NCBI GenBank assembly: GCA_039545335.1
Contig: BCIN01000008.1
Coordinates: forward strand, 507,528-571,527
From: Kondoa subrosea
Lineage: Eukaryota
Length of the DNA stretch: 64,000 nt
Direction of reading: 5' to 3'
In this document: piece by piece, positions 52,225 through 64,000 of the stretch
Layout: each line of letters starts with the position of its first letter
Numbering within the stretch: position 1 is the first letter of the stretch
The notes under the pieces: model-generated
What the model saw: only the letters and a program-made list of their open reading frames with translations
Databases searched by the model: none
Told to the model about the DNA's origin: nothing
Position numbers and translations under genes: made by a program

Positions 52225-54958
52225 TCAAGAGACGATGCAACCTGAGGAATCCTATTCAGTAATGTTACAGAGCTGAAAGACATGAAGCATACCTCTGTTA
52301 AACCACCATGATCCTCTAAGCTGATCAATCCAAAATACCAAAAGTTTCAACCGCAATCGAGCGCTGGTGATCTGCGACATTGGTAGAGTTCAGCTTCGAT
52401 TCCAATAGTCAAGAAGGAGAGAGCACTCACGGGAAGAAGTTTCGCCTTTTCATACTCATAAATCGGAATAACTGCAGCCATGTAATACGAGAATTCAGCA
52501 GGCGAATCAGGCATTGGACCAAGAGTATCGTTGAGCTTCTGTCTTAACCAAGGTGCAGCACCCGTCCGAAGAACTTCCAAAAATTCATGACATCTTCCCA
52601 TGAGTTGTTCGATGGATTGTTCTTCTTTCAATTCTTCACCTCCATCTTCCCCTCTTGCAATCTTAGCAGCTCGTTCGGCAATCGCTTCCCTACTTCTTAG
52701 AATCGCAGCTTGTTCCAATATTTTCTCTTCTGATTCCGGAATATCATGAATCGCTTCAATTTGAGCAACAACATAACCATCCAAAGTCCCAGTCTTGAGT
52801 AATTTGAATCGATGAATTCCAATCGTTTCTACCATTGATCTTCCATCAGCCAAAACTTCAATCGATTTGATTTCCAGAACCGTTCCATAAAGGTATAAAC
52901 CACCTGGAGCTTGACTTGGTAAAACCATGCCGAACCGACTGTTCTTCTCTTGAGCTCTTCGCATCATCAATCGATAACGAGGTTCAAAGATATGTAGGAA
53001 AGTTGGGGTGTAAGGGAAAGCCAAAGCGCAAACGAAAATCGGTAAATCCATATGAAGCAATTCTTCTTCTTTCCTTAACGTATCCAATCGATCGAAATAG
53101 ATGGAACCAAACCCTTCTTCCAATACAGCAGTAAGAGTCTTGTTGTTGGGATGATCAATGAAGTAACCATATCCAGGTAAATCCGATCGACAGAGGGGAC
53201 ATTTATCTGAATGATCCAAAGAACGGGCCAGGCATTTTCTACAGAAGGTATGACCACAAGGAGTTGTTACCGGATCTGCGAAGATATTGGCGCAAACTTG
53301 ACAATCGAGTTCAGACAGAATATTTCGAGCCAAAGATCGATCATCTTGATTCGCTTCTTCTTCTAAAGCAGCTGGAACGGGTGAAATTCTTTTCGCTCTT
53401 TTCTGACTCTTGAACAATCCACCACTTTTCCTACCCCTTTTCCCTTCTTCATCAATTTCATCAGCAGGTGAAGATCCAGCACTATCTGTACTTGAAGCAG
53501 AAACCGTTCTCAAAGGAATAGTCATCTTTCCTTCTCCACCTAGATTATCCTCCTCTCCTTCTTCTTCAACTATCACTTCTTCCAGCAAAGGTTCTTCCAA
53601 AACTTCTTCCATAGTTTTCGAGTCCGGCATTTCTCCTCCAGTATGTAATCGATACACATCCAATCGATTAACCATGCTGACCAACTTCATAAGAAGTACA
53701 TCTGATCTTCTACGTAAAGGAGCCACTTTGCCACCTTCTGCGTTTGTAGTAGCGGGCAAAAGAAATCGATGAGCATTCTTTTTGCAATCCGATCTCGGAC
53801 AAGGATAAGTCGGTAGAGAAGAAGAATTGGTTTTCGTGTTTTCTTCAGTTTCCGTGAGAGGTGGTGATCCAGAAGAAAAGCGACGACGCAAAGCTGACAA
53901 ACGACTTCGTAACGGTGGGGGAGAAGGAGGATGAGGATCTGACCGACTTGAAATAGTTCTTGACATGTCTGTAGAGGTGGAAAGAGAAGGTTGAATGACT
54001 TCATTCAATGTGCAAGCATGACAGAGCGAATGCCCGCAACCGAGCGTGATTGGCATATTAGGTGGATCTTGACAGACTGGACAGAGGAGAATAGCTTTGA
54101 GCACATTGAGTAGATGAGCTGTATTCGGTAAAGCATCGAATGGGATCGCGGTATCCAGATCTGGGGGAACTGCTGCGACGGACATGAGAGCTGGTGAATT
54201 GTTTGTCGTATGTTGCTGCGTGCGAGCGCTTTCTAACGCAGTAGTTTTCTTCGTATTCGGATCTGCAGACAGAAGAGGCGGTTCTGAGTCGTCCCTTGAA
54301 GGAGGTCGAGGTCTACCGCTTGATGAACCCAATTCTCCGTTCTCTACTCTACGTTGTTGATGTTGAAGATAGTCCTCGACTTGCAAAGTGCCTTCATCTT
54401 CAGATAGCCAATGTTGATCAGCATCAACTCTGCGATCTCTTCGATCGGATGCAAAGCCAGTACCGCCAGAGGGCCCTGCGAGAGAAACGCCCGACGAAGA
54501 TATTGATCTTTGCAGCAATGATCGAGGACGACCTTCAGCGGAAGAAGCTCGAGTTCGATGTGGATTTATCGGACCAGAACGTTGCAAAGGTTGGATTTCT
54601 TGCGAATATGGTTGAGAGAAGGCTGGCACAGCATTGATTTGAGCAACAACAGCAGAAGACATAGTAGATGAGGGCTGTGACAATCGATTGACGAAAGATT
54701 GAGCATTGCTGTCCGGCGGTAATGTAATCTCTTGCGATGGAGGATGGATCGAGGTCTAGAAGCAAGGTTTTCGATTAGTGGCTATTGAAACCTACACAGA
54801 GGAGGTCTGAAACTCACATCGATCGCAATAGAAGGTCTAGAGTTGAACTCGATCCCCGTTTGCGCAGACTCTAATTGCAGCACTCGATCGGTTGCCTCTG
54901 CCGCTGCAGGGCTTGCCACTTCAGACAAATCTGGTGGTATGGAAGGTGTATTTGACAT
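52225..54958 (-). CDS. LON peptidase N-terminal domain and RING finger protein (LONRF-like)
   Basis: Two RING domains (second: CQVC...PVTTPCGHTFCRKC...CPLCR) and LON substrate-binding domain LHIFEPRYRLMMRR. Ends WWFNRGCIVS*. Confidence 0.92.
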
Positions 54959-55950
54959 TTCGATTGTTGAATCATGCGCAAGATTGCCGTTTGATCGAAA
55001 TATTATCGACAAAGCCTTCTCAAGACCAGCTTGGCTTTCAGGCTTGTGCAATGGCCGATCCACAGACAGAGGAATGCGAATCAGAGGGTATCTAGGCTCC
55101 GGCAATGAGCAGGGTCGAGGTGTAAGATCAACCGAAATATCGAGAACTGAATCGACGAAGTGATGCTCTCTTGTCCAATTGCCACGATTGGCTTTCCTTG
55201 AGCTTGACACGTTGTGTGGCGCCGAGGCTCGCACGACTCAACTATCGGTTCTCGGCCTGTATGGCCAGAAGATAATAGGAAGAAGCAATAATGATAATTC
55301 TAATGCGCAGCAGAATTCTGTCGAAACCGCTTCCAAAGGTTTATTATGTTGTCTATCAGTCAGTCGATGTTGTATATGGGTAAAGCGATTGCAAAGGAGT
55401 GAGAGTGCACACCTGTCAAAAGACCATTACCGAATTGGGGCATTTACTTAATCAGCCTTGTTTACTTCTTCTGTCTTCTTCTTCATATACTATGTGCTCT
55501 CCGCTAGATCTCATTATCTTTCAGATTATAATACTTTGTTTCAATCAATCTTGTCCTCTCTTTGATTTTGCTAGGATGACGATCAAGATTTGCTCGCTGT
55601 GCCTGGCCATGGGGATCAACTGCATGCACCTCAATTCTTTTCCTGCCTTCACGCGATGCCCTTTGCAATGCTAGAATCAAGGCTCCAATGGAAAGAGCAT
55701 GACGCTATACTGAGTCCTCTGAAGTGATGGAAACTGAATTGCGGCTGGCTGGATCAGCCTCGCATGGTCATTCAGCTAGTATCAGTACTCAGAAAGATAA
55801 CAGAAGTGAAGTAGCAGAAATGTTATTCAGGCAACGGGCAAGGACACTTCCGAAAGTGATATTTCAAGACAAATGTATACATCTCCCATTTTGATTTTGA
55901 TTCCGTATTCATATCGACAATCGTGTAAGTTTTTCTGAGAGCTTAGATAT

Positions 55951-58900
55951 TTAACGGTTCGCAAAGAGTTGAGGATGTTTTGACATCCATAGCCGGACTC
56001 TCTTGCCGTAGATGTACATAGGCTGATCAGTTCGGGTCAGTTTCATGTAACTCCGCAGTCAACAAGACTCACAATGGCAAAGAGAAGTGTAGCTAGCTGC
56101 ACACCGCAAAGTACAGACATGATGTATGTTGTGCTGGTCGGAGCATAGAGTCAGTAAGAACTGATGCCGTGCTGAAGGAGAGGAAGATATACGTATTACT
56201 TTGTACCCATCCGCCCACAAATTGGACAAAGCCATAAATGAGAACACCTTTCGAAAGATTGACAGCGGCGAAAGCTATGATCGGTCACATGTAAGCCAAG
56301 TCACAATAATTGATGAATCGTGAGAGTTTACCTTCAGGTCCACAATCTCGGTGCACCTATGCATATACACAATGAGCAACATGTCAGATTGGCAACTTGC
56401 GAAAATCCATACCTCATTGATATATACAACGCTGGAAGTAAGCTTCAGCAAGTAACTCTCTTCATAGAGGAGGAAAGACCAACATCGCGCTGCAGAAGAG
56501 ACCAGATCCGACTATTTGTAGAGTGATTGTGACCGTGAGAATAGCGAAGTGCAAGAGGTCTGCACTCACAATTGATAATTGATAGCATGAATACAGGTCC
56601 GACCCAAGTGGTCTATGGATTTGCGTCAGCTATTGTCCAACAGATATTGGTATTTCAATAGGTTGCTTACATAATTTGTGGCCGTGAGACCAGCCCATCC
56701 TAATATCTATTGCTTGAGCGCAGAGTAAAGCTTATCTCAAGAACGCAGAACTGACCAGCATAGGCAGCCACAGTAGCAAAGCCTCCTGGAAGGATCATCA
56801 ATAATCGGAACCTGTGAAGGAACAAGGTTCTATAAGACGGAGCGACCACAGCAACAAACACTGACTCAGGCTCAAAAGTCCCCTTATTTCTACGCGACGC
56901 AAACAAGGTGACGTAGTCGATAAGAGGTCCAGCAACAGCGACCGAGATTATCAGACCTGGCCAGCAAGCGATAAGTCGCTAGCTACAAGGTCTTGATCGG
57001 CAACGTACCGATGAGAGGCCCGATATTGGTCAATCCAGTCTGCGTGGCGTTGAATCCGAGTGGAGGTTTAGCAAAAATGACAGCTACAAGGCATGTTAGC
57101 CTTCGACCATTGGAACATCAAAACCTTACAAGCGACTGTTCCAAGGACGACAGTCCAGCATTGGCCTGCAATTGAAATTAGCGAGCAGAATCTGCAATTG
57201 TAGAAGAGACTCCTTACCAAATGCGAGAATAGAGAAAGTGGTCAGTACAACTGGTGATAAGCACATAGGACTGGTGTACAGACATAGTCAGTGTAGTATG
57301 TTAAAGACTGATACCTGACGGACACGATGCTCCATGCGATGTTTGTAATGCTTCTCGGATTGACATAGCTATGTAATAGGGCATTAGTCTTTCTTTCGAC
57401 ATAAGCTGACGCTCTGACTGACCCAGACCACGGTTTGAGGTCCTGCAGGAAACTCTTCCTTGGGCCGTATTCTATGGCTGTCGGGGTACGCTTCTCAAGG
57501 TGTCCAACCATTTCTATGCTCTCCTCTTTGTGTTCTCTGCTGGACTTGAGATCGCCTTCATGCGATAAAGGTTCCGTCGCAAGAGCGCCGTTATCAATTT
57601 GATATCGTTCAGCTCGCTGCAAGAAATCCTTGTGAAATCGTCTTTGGCCAATCTAGCTGATTGCTCACAACATATTTTGTTTCAGGCATGCAGAAGACTG
57701 CTCTACGATTTGAGCGAAGGGAGGATGATCCCATATAACGGTGACGTACAAACCAAGATCAGTCCAACACCGAGAGCTATGTCCATCTAAGATCGACCGG
57801 TTGATCAGAGGCTGTAGGCTGCAGGTAGATTGGCAGGAGCAGACATACAAACCAGTAACAGTATTCCCAACCAAGCGAAGGTTTCGATATGATGTACCCA
57901 TTCACAAGCGGCGCAGCAACAACTCCTCCGTGGACAGCGAAATTCTGTCAGTACTCATGTATGAGCCCAGGCAAAACGGCAAATAAATACAGGCCTCACC
58001 CATACAGTGATCCTAAAACCACGCTGATGGACAAAGAATATGTCTGAAAGGGCAGAATTAGTGAATGAATCTCATAGGCAATCAATGTACACACCATTAA
58101 TCTGATTAGTGACGAGAGCTTCGAAGCTGAGGTCCGTATGAGCTTCGACAGAGTATCATACACGACTAAGACATACGGTGCGATGCCTAGAATGTGGAGA
58201 GATAAGTTATAGCCTAAATCAGAACTAGGTGATTCACCTAATCCTTGAATAACGCGAGATCCGATCCACGAGTTGACGTTTTCAGCACACAAAGGTGCCC
58301 AAATGCCACCGGCAATCATCAGAATCACGCCAGCTAGCATGACTGGACGTCGACCATATTTCTGACCGAAGATTGCGGACAGACCCATTGATACGCCGAT
58401 CCTGAATACGAGACGCAGTATGGGTAAGAGGAGATTGCCAAAGATAAATAGAGATACATGAGAATGCAATAACCGTTACCACCTAGCCAAAGTTAGACGG
58501 AGACTATCAATCACTGAGCAATGCATACCAGCGATATCATTGATGGTGACACCCCATTCTCTAGAAATCTGAAGAAACCCAGAGGAAAGAATCGGCTGAT
58601 TATACCAGGATCAGCAGAGCGCCTGCTATATCGACGCAGCTGGCTCACTCCCACTCCGCCTGCCAGTCCACACTGACAAGAGTTTCAGTAGATGCTGTTA
58701 TATGTAGACTAATGTGCCACATACAACATACATAGAGACCCAGAACAGAAGTTCTTTCTTCCAAGTGGGCCAATTCAATGGACTGAGGCATCACAATGTT
58801 AAAACTAGTCCTGTTTCAACGGAAGGACAAGCTAACTCGTTGGGGTCATCGCTTGGTTGAGGAACCTTTGGTCATGCATAGCATCAGCAATGACAGGTCT

Positions 58901-59206
58901 TTCCTTGAGGATTACACTGACCAGAACAACATGCGAAAATTTCCCTTGCCCCATTTTGAGTTGCTCGTGATTGATATCACCTTATATTCAGAATTAGAGG
59001 GATTTCATGAGGAAGGAGGGAACTAACGATGTTCATTCTTGTGTAGATCATCCAAACTACAAGCAATCAGGCCGTGTCCTGTGCCACACGAGCAGGACAG
59101 CGTACAGAGAAGTCCCTGGGACATGAGGATCCCTAGAGCCCAGTTTAGCTCAACCAATTCTCAAAGTGAAATACACTGACTTGGTTTCTTTGACACCGAA
59201 GCCCAT
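55951..59206 (-). CDS. MFS transporter, DHA1/HOL1-like (copy 2)
   Basis: MGFGVKET, DPHVPGT, PLNWPTWKKE, FGQKYGRRPV and NKGTFEPE. Ends KHPQLFANR*. Confidence 0.9.
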
Positions 59207-59556
59207 TCTTGCGCTAGCTGAATCAAAGTAACAATGAGTAGGTTTGTCGGAAGAGAATCAGAGCCAAGCATGTCCCGCGCATCTCCACCACAATCCCCGG
59301 GAAGAGCTTTATCAGAGGGGTGCCGCCCGCAGGAAGCATGCCGAGAGATGCCGCGGAATGACCCTCCCAAGAAGTGAATGCATCAAAAAGAGCATTCAAT
59401 GCGGACAAGAAGGCAAGGCGGAAAGTATGAGCATTTTGAAACGGAGACTACCAGCCGGATTGAATTATGAAGAGACCTCTTCGAGTCCTTGAGAAGGCAG
59501 TCGCGAAACGTAACAATGCGACAAATGCACGCGCATGGCGCTTCCAGCAGAATTGA

Positions 59557-59566
59557 TATATAAAAG
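59557..59566 (+). promoter_or_regulatory. TATA box upstream of SDR-B copy 2
   Basis: TATATAAAAG about 50 nt upstream of the ATG at 59616. Confidence 0.5.
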
Positions 59567-59615
59567 CCCAGCTTTGCTCTTATCTAGCTTGCTTTCTCAC
59601 AAACTCGCAATAAAG

Positions 59616-60793
59616 ATGTCTGAAATCAAGTTTAACGATGAAGCACTCCTGCCTCAGCTGAAGGAAAAGGTAGTCGTCATCACTGGTGGTAACAGCGGTA
59701 TTGGAAGGTGAGATGATTCATTGTAGCGTAGATTGACAAAGACTAATGCGAAACAGAGCTTGCGTGGAATATTATGCTTCGGGAGGTGCACAGGTCGTTT
59801 GGGGAGACTTGAAGAACACGATCGGCGAAGAAGGTCCCAACATCACCTATGCGAAGTGCGATATCACAAGTTGGGCAGATCAAGTAGCAATGTTCAAGCT
59901 TGCTGTAAAAAAATATGGACGGGTAGGCTCTGTGATGTGAGAACTTCCTCATATATGATAGTCGTAGCTGATGAGATAGACAGCGCTTGTGCAGGAATTG
60001 GCGAGGCCTATGATATTTTCAAGTCAGTTTAAACATACTTACTTTTTGCACTCCACTCACGTCACGTTTGAAAGAGATGAACTTGACGCGAATGGAGAAC
60101 TTCTTCCACCGAACGATACAATCATTCACATCGATCTTTTGGGAACGATAAAGACAGTCAAACTAGCTCTTCATCATTTCCGCCAGCAAAGCCCTCAAGG
60201 TGGAGAAATCAGCATGGTGGGATCAGTAGCTTCATATCGAGGCTCTCCAGGACTTTACAGCTACAGCGCAGCGAAACACGGCGTGAGCTTTCATTAATGA
60301 TCTTCTTCATGTCTCTGCTCACATCACATAATAGCTCCTGGGCTTATTACGAGCGACATACACCAACGCTGCAGCATTCAATGCCAGAATCAATTTGATC
60401 TGTCCGTACATTACTCGGTATGTCCGGTCTTCGAATGGCTTTGAAGCTGCTAACTTTGACATCGAAACAAAGATCCGGTATGGTGACGCCAGCAGTAGAA
60501 CAAGCTTGCAAAGGTATCCCAATCCAATCACCAATCGCCTGCGCCCGAGCTGCTGCTGTTTTCACCACCGAGCAAAAGTATAATGGTGATTGTCTCAAAC
60601 CATTGGCTTTCGGTTTGCAAACTGAAGTTGACTTGCAGGGAACGGATGCGTTGTTGGAGATAACCGAATCTTTGAGATGGAAGAATGGTTGAACAGAAAT
60701 GACAAGGAATGGCTGGGAGAGTTTACATCTTCGCTAATCAAGATGACACCACAGGTTCAAGATGAATTCTGGAGTTTGGATAGTACAAAGTAG
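59616..60793 (+). CDS. SDR-B (copy 2)
   Basis: MSEIKFNDEALLPQLKEKVVVITGGNSGIG and YSAAKHG. Ends FWSLDSTK*. Confidence 0.9.
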
Positions 60794-61563
60794 CCGAACA
60801 GTATTGAGACAGAATACAATCCATCCCTTTTCAACGTGTTGTTCGTTGTGTTCTCTCGACTACGCTCTCCTTCGTCGTTACCTATGTAAGACAGTTGCGG
60901 ACACTTCAGACTTCGAACGCAGCACAGAGACTTGCGTGCATGTAAGCATGAGACCGAGCTGTTCGAACGACCTTGCGACCAGACAATCTCCCGCAATCCG
61001 ACTTGACATTCATCCATTGAGAGCCACGCAGTAAAGCACAGTCAGCCAAGATAAGATCTGAGAAAAGCAGAGGAGATGAAAGCAGCAATCTCGAGGCGTT
61101 GTGTGCAGATGAGATTCGACCACATTTTCTAAACAGGCTTACTCCTGGCCACGAGCTTCAGCAGCATACCAGATCAAAGATACCTGCCAAGATGGAAGGG
61201 AACTTGTCTCACCAGGATCCAAATGCTGCTACACTTGAGCGAAACTAGAAATCAACGTGAATGCATATGCTGTCGAATCGTACCTCTGCTCATCCGTGCT
61301 GTGCAAAAATACTACCCAATCAGACGCGTTGTATTTTCTGTGATTCTTCCAGGACCTACGCCTGTTCTGTGTCCTGGGTGACTGATTCGCGAGCTCTCTT
61401 TGATAATGGACTTCTTCAATTGTCTTGGATCTCTGCTCTTATGCTGCGCTCGTTATACTCTCAGATTCAGGACATATGTAGCAACAGACTGGATGCATTC
61501 TGTTCACTTGATGAGGCCGATCATACAATGTTATCACCCTATCCAAATCCCGAAAGAAACCTC

Positions 61564-62866
61564 TCAAGCAAACTTGCTCTTGAAAGCAGGCTGGTGATCC
61601 CTCAGATACATTCCTCCATCGTTCGGACGACCTCCAACGAAGTCTACTGTCAGCTTGTATAGATCATTCTTGAGAATGATGTCCTTCTGTCTCATCAAAT
61701 CGCCAAGATCTTCTTCCACATCCAGATATCGCCCCCTCTGTTCATGACAATCAGCTTGACGATAATATATTACGCAAAGCAACTGACCAAGAAATCATTG
61801 GTAGCACCGCTCGCGAGATATACGCAAGTGAAAGCGCATACATCCGCTGTAGTTTTAAAGTGGTCCTGCAATGGATAGAATTCGTCAACAGGCATGCATG
61901 TAGCGATATCTTTCGACTCACCTTAGCATGACTTGCGAATTTCCTTTGTTCTGGATGAGCTTCGAACAGTCTGGTTGGCTCTTTTCGTCCTGTCGCTTGC
62001 GACATATTGGATATAACGCCTCCAGGATGCAGTGCGATACAGAAGTTGTTCTCCATGCCTTCGTTTTTATCAATCTCTTCTTGAATGCAACCGACCATGC
62101 GGATTACTGCACATTTGCTAACATTGTATGCGACCGAGAAAGGATAGTCGATTGTTCCGGATCGAGAAGCAAGATTGATCGAGTAGCCTTCTTTGCGCTT
62201 GTGGAAGAGCGGTTGAATCAATGAGTTGAAGTACTGTAAGCTGCCGAATCAGGTCTGACAATTCAACACCGCTGATTGGACGCACCATAGGACCATTGAA
62301 GTTGATCGCCATTATACGCTCAAAACCCTCTATGTCACCATCCCGGAACTGACGGATGCAGACTTAATAATGGGCGAGAGAAATGCGTCGAAACTTACCA
62401 GACCTCTGCCACTGATTCCTGCGCAACATACGAAGGTGTGAATTGGTCCTAGCTCAGCTTCAACCTTATCCACAAAGGCTTTGCAATCTTCGAACTTGGT
62501 TTGATCGCAACTGGAAGTCAGAACTTGACCAGAACCATTACTTCGACAAGCTTCCGCAGTTGGCTTCAAATCATCTTCTCGCATATCGCAAATAGCTAGC
62601 TTGGCTCCAGTGACTGCAAATGCTCTGCTGATTGCTCCTCCAATGGTTCCTGCTGCACCAGTTACGCAAATAACTCGATTCTTCCATTGACCCCTGAATT
62701 GCATTGGATCTCTGTGAAGACCATCTCAGTTTGCGAATCATCCAGATGATATTGTCCCAATTTACATCAGATCATAGGCCTCTCCGCGCAATTGAGCTTC
62801 CTCTCCAGGCGTGTTCTTCTTCTGTCCATTTGCAAAGCCATTTACGAAAACATCGTGTTCGACCAT
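61564..62866 (-). CDS. SDR-A (copy 2)
   Basis: VTGAAGTIG, YNVSK and LHPGGV. Ends KSKFA*. Confidence 0.92.
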
Positions 62867-63174
62867 CTTGTGCGTTATTCAGACTGATTATCGAGCGTCA
62901 AGCAACATCCAAAGGAGCTCAAGTTCAATGCAACTTGAATGAAATGCGGGGTAAATTGTTACGCCGGTGCCGCGCTTTCTCCGGGTTTTTGCAATTCAGC
63001 ATAAGGCTTAACTGAGGGGAGCGGTATTCGGCAGCAGCTTGCTTATGGCTTTGCTTTGATTCTATTCAGTCAACACTATTCTCTATTGCATCAGCAAAAT
63101 CAGATATCGCGAGTTCTGCTTTTGTTGATAACTTGATGCCTCTGAGCTTGCCCTGATCGCTCGTATAGGCTGAA
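62867..63174. promoter_or_regulatory. Divergent promoter SDR-A/hydrolase copy 2 with ATGCGGGGT at 62944-62952
   Basis: The motif has the same relative orientation and a similar distance from the SDR-A ATG as in copy 1, while its flanks are diverged. Confidence 0.55.
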
Positions 63175-64000
63175 ATGATTGACGAAACCCACACTGGATT
63201 TGACACTGCTGCGCTGAAGCGTCTGCAAGCTTCTATTGAAAACGATGTCAAGAATGGTCTTTACGATGGAGCTAATCTGGTAGTATCGAGGGGAGGAAAG
63301 GTTGCAATGGACGTGTCAATTGGCTTCGCAAATCGAGAGACCAAGCGTTCAAGTGCTCCAGAGGACGTCTACTGGCTCTTCTCTCTTACTAAAGCTTTCA
63401 CTCATACACTTGTGCTACAAGCGTAAGTCAACTTGGTAGTCAGACCGCTCCCTCTGCTGATGCGCTGCTCCGCTTCTTTAGTGTCGAGCGCGGTCAAATG
63501 TCATTCACGGACCGAGTTGTCGACTGGATACCAGAATTCATTGGCGAAGACCGCTTTAGACAGGCGAAGAAGGAGCAAATCAATCTTGTGCATCTCCTTT
63601 CTCACCGCGCCGGTCTTGTAAATACACCTACTCCTTTGCCTTACGAAGAGCTCGGCAACCTGAGCAATGTCATCAAGGCTATCTGCCAGATGGATGTAGT
63701 CGGAACTCCTGGTATGCATGAGCTCAGCATACTCTAGATCATACTAATGGTCTCGGTCTCGGAAATCTCTAGGCGGAGAAGTCGAATACTCGCCAACGTG
63801 GTGAGTTTACCTTACATTTTCTGCGCAATATAGTTCTGAATCATGTAAAGTAATCACGCTTTGATGGGAGAAATGGTAAGAAGAGCGACTGGCGCCAAAT
63901 CTTTCACAGAGCTAGTCAACAGAGAGATCTTCGAGCCTTTGGGCATGACATCTACACGGATGGGTGCTCCTGCCGAGTTCAAAGATCGCATGGTCCCAAT
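63175..64000 (+). CDS. Serine hydrolase, beta-lactamase family (copy 2; truncated by window end)
   Basis: MIDETHTGFDTAALKRLQ, FSLTK, LLSHRAGL and EIFEPLGM. Introns at 63423-63481, 63712-63772 and 63801-63850. Confidence 0.92.

Larger units (their letters stand above)
55951..64000. repeat. Right arm of inverted segmental duplication (4-gene cluster, copy 2; runs off window)
   Basis: Mirror order MFS(-), SDR-B(+), SDR-A(-), hydrolase(+), with closely similar peptides to 9068-17630. Confidence 0.95.

Noticed and set aside
9068..64000. Inverted arms as terminal repeats of a giant transposon, or as an assembly artefact
   Set aside because: No transposase or recombinase is seen, the interior genes are housekeeping, and the arms are too diverged (synonymous changes, different introns) to be duplicated reads.
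1..64000. Most ORFs in the supplied track, and any CRISPR, tRNA or rRNA
   Set aside because: Most ORFs are antisense or off-frame shadows of spliced genes, or start at non-ATG codons. No repeat-spacer array or structural RNA gene was recognisable by eye.

Overview
This is eukaryotic, gene-dense fungal DNA with many short (~50-65 nt) spliceosomal introns. It is most likely basidiomycete, which is an inference from protein features and intron style. About 29 protein-coding genes were reconstructed by hand-splicing, so their coordinates are approximate. Housekeeping genes include a NOL8-like RRM protein, an Mtr-type amino acid permease, Rad9, a sugar porter, sterol O-acyltransferase, Utp6, Rpb7, Mps1, ATP17, NDUFS4, a septin, Rrn7, Tom20 and a LON-RING protein. 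The standout structure is a four-gene cluster present twice in inverted orientation (9068-17630 and 55951 to beyond 64000), bracketing ~38 kb of mostly housekeeping genes. The cluster comprises a serine beta-lactamase-family hydrolase, two SDR dehydrogenases and an MFS transporter, arranged as two divergent pairs. Both copies look intact as far as they are visible. They differ at 11 or more intron positions, share a ~720-bp tract that looks recently homogenised, and carry a shared GCGGGGT promoter motif. Other notable items are a tandem pair of tiny type-I membrane proteins with microexons and GT-to-GC donor switches, an orphan CCHC zinc-finger-like protein and a secreted Cys-rich repeat protein. 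No rRNA, tRNA, CRISPR array or transposon was recognised.
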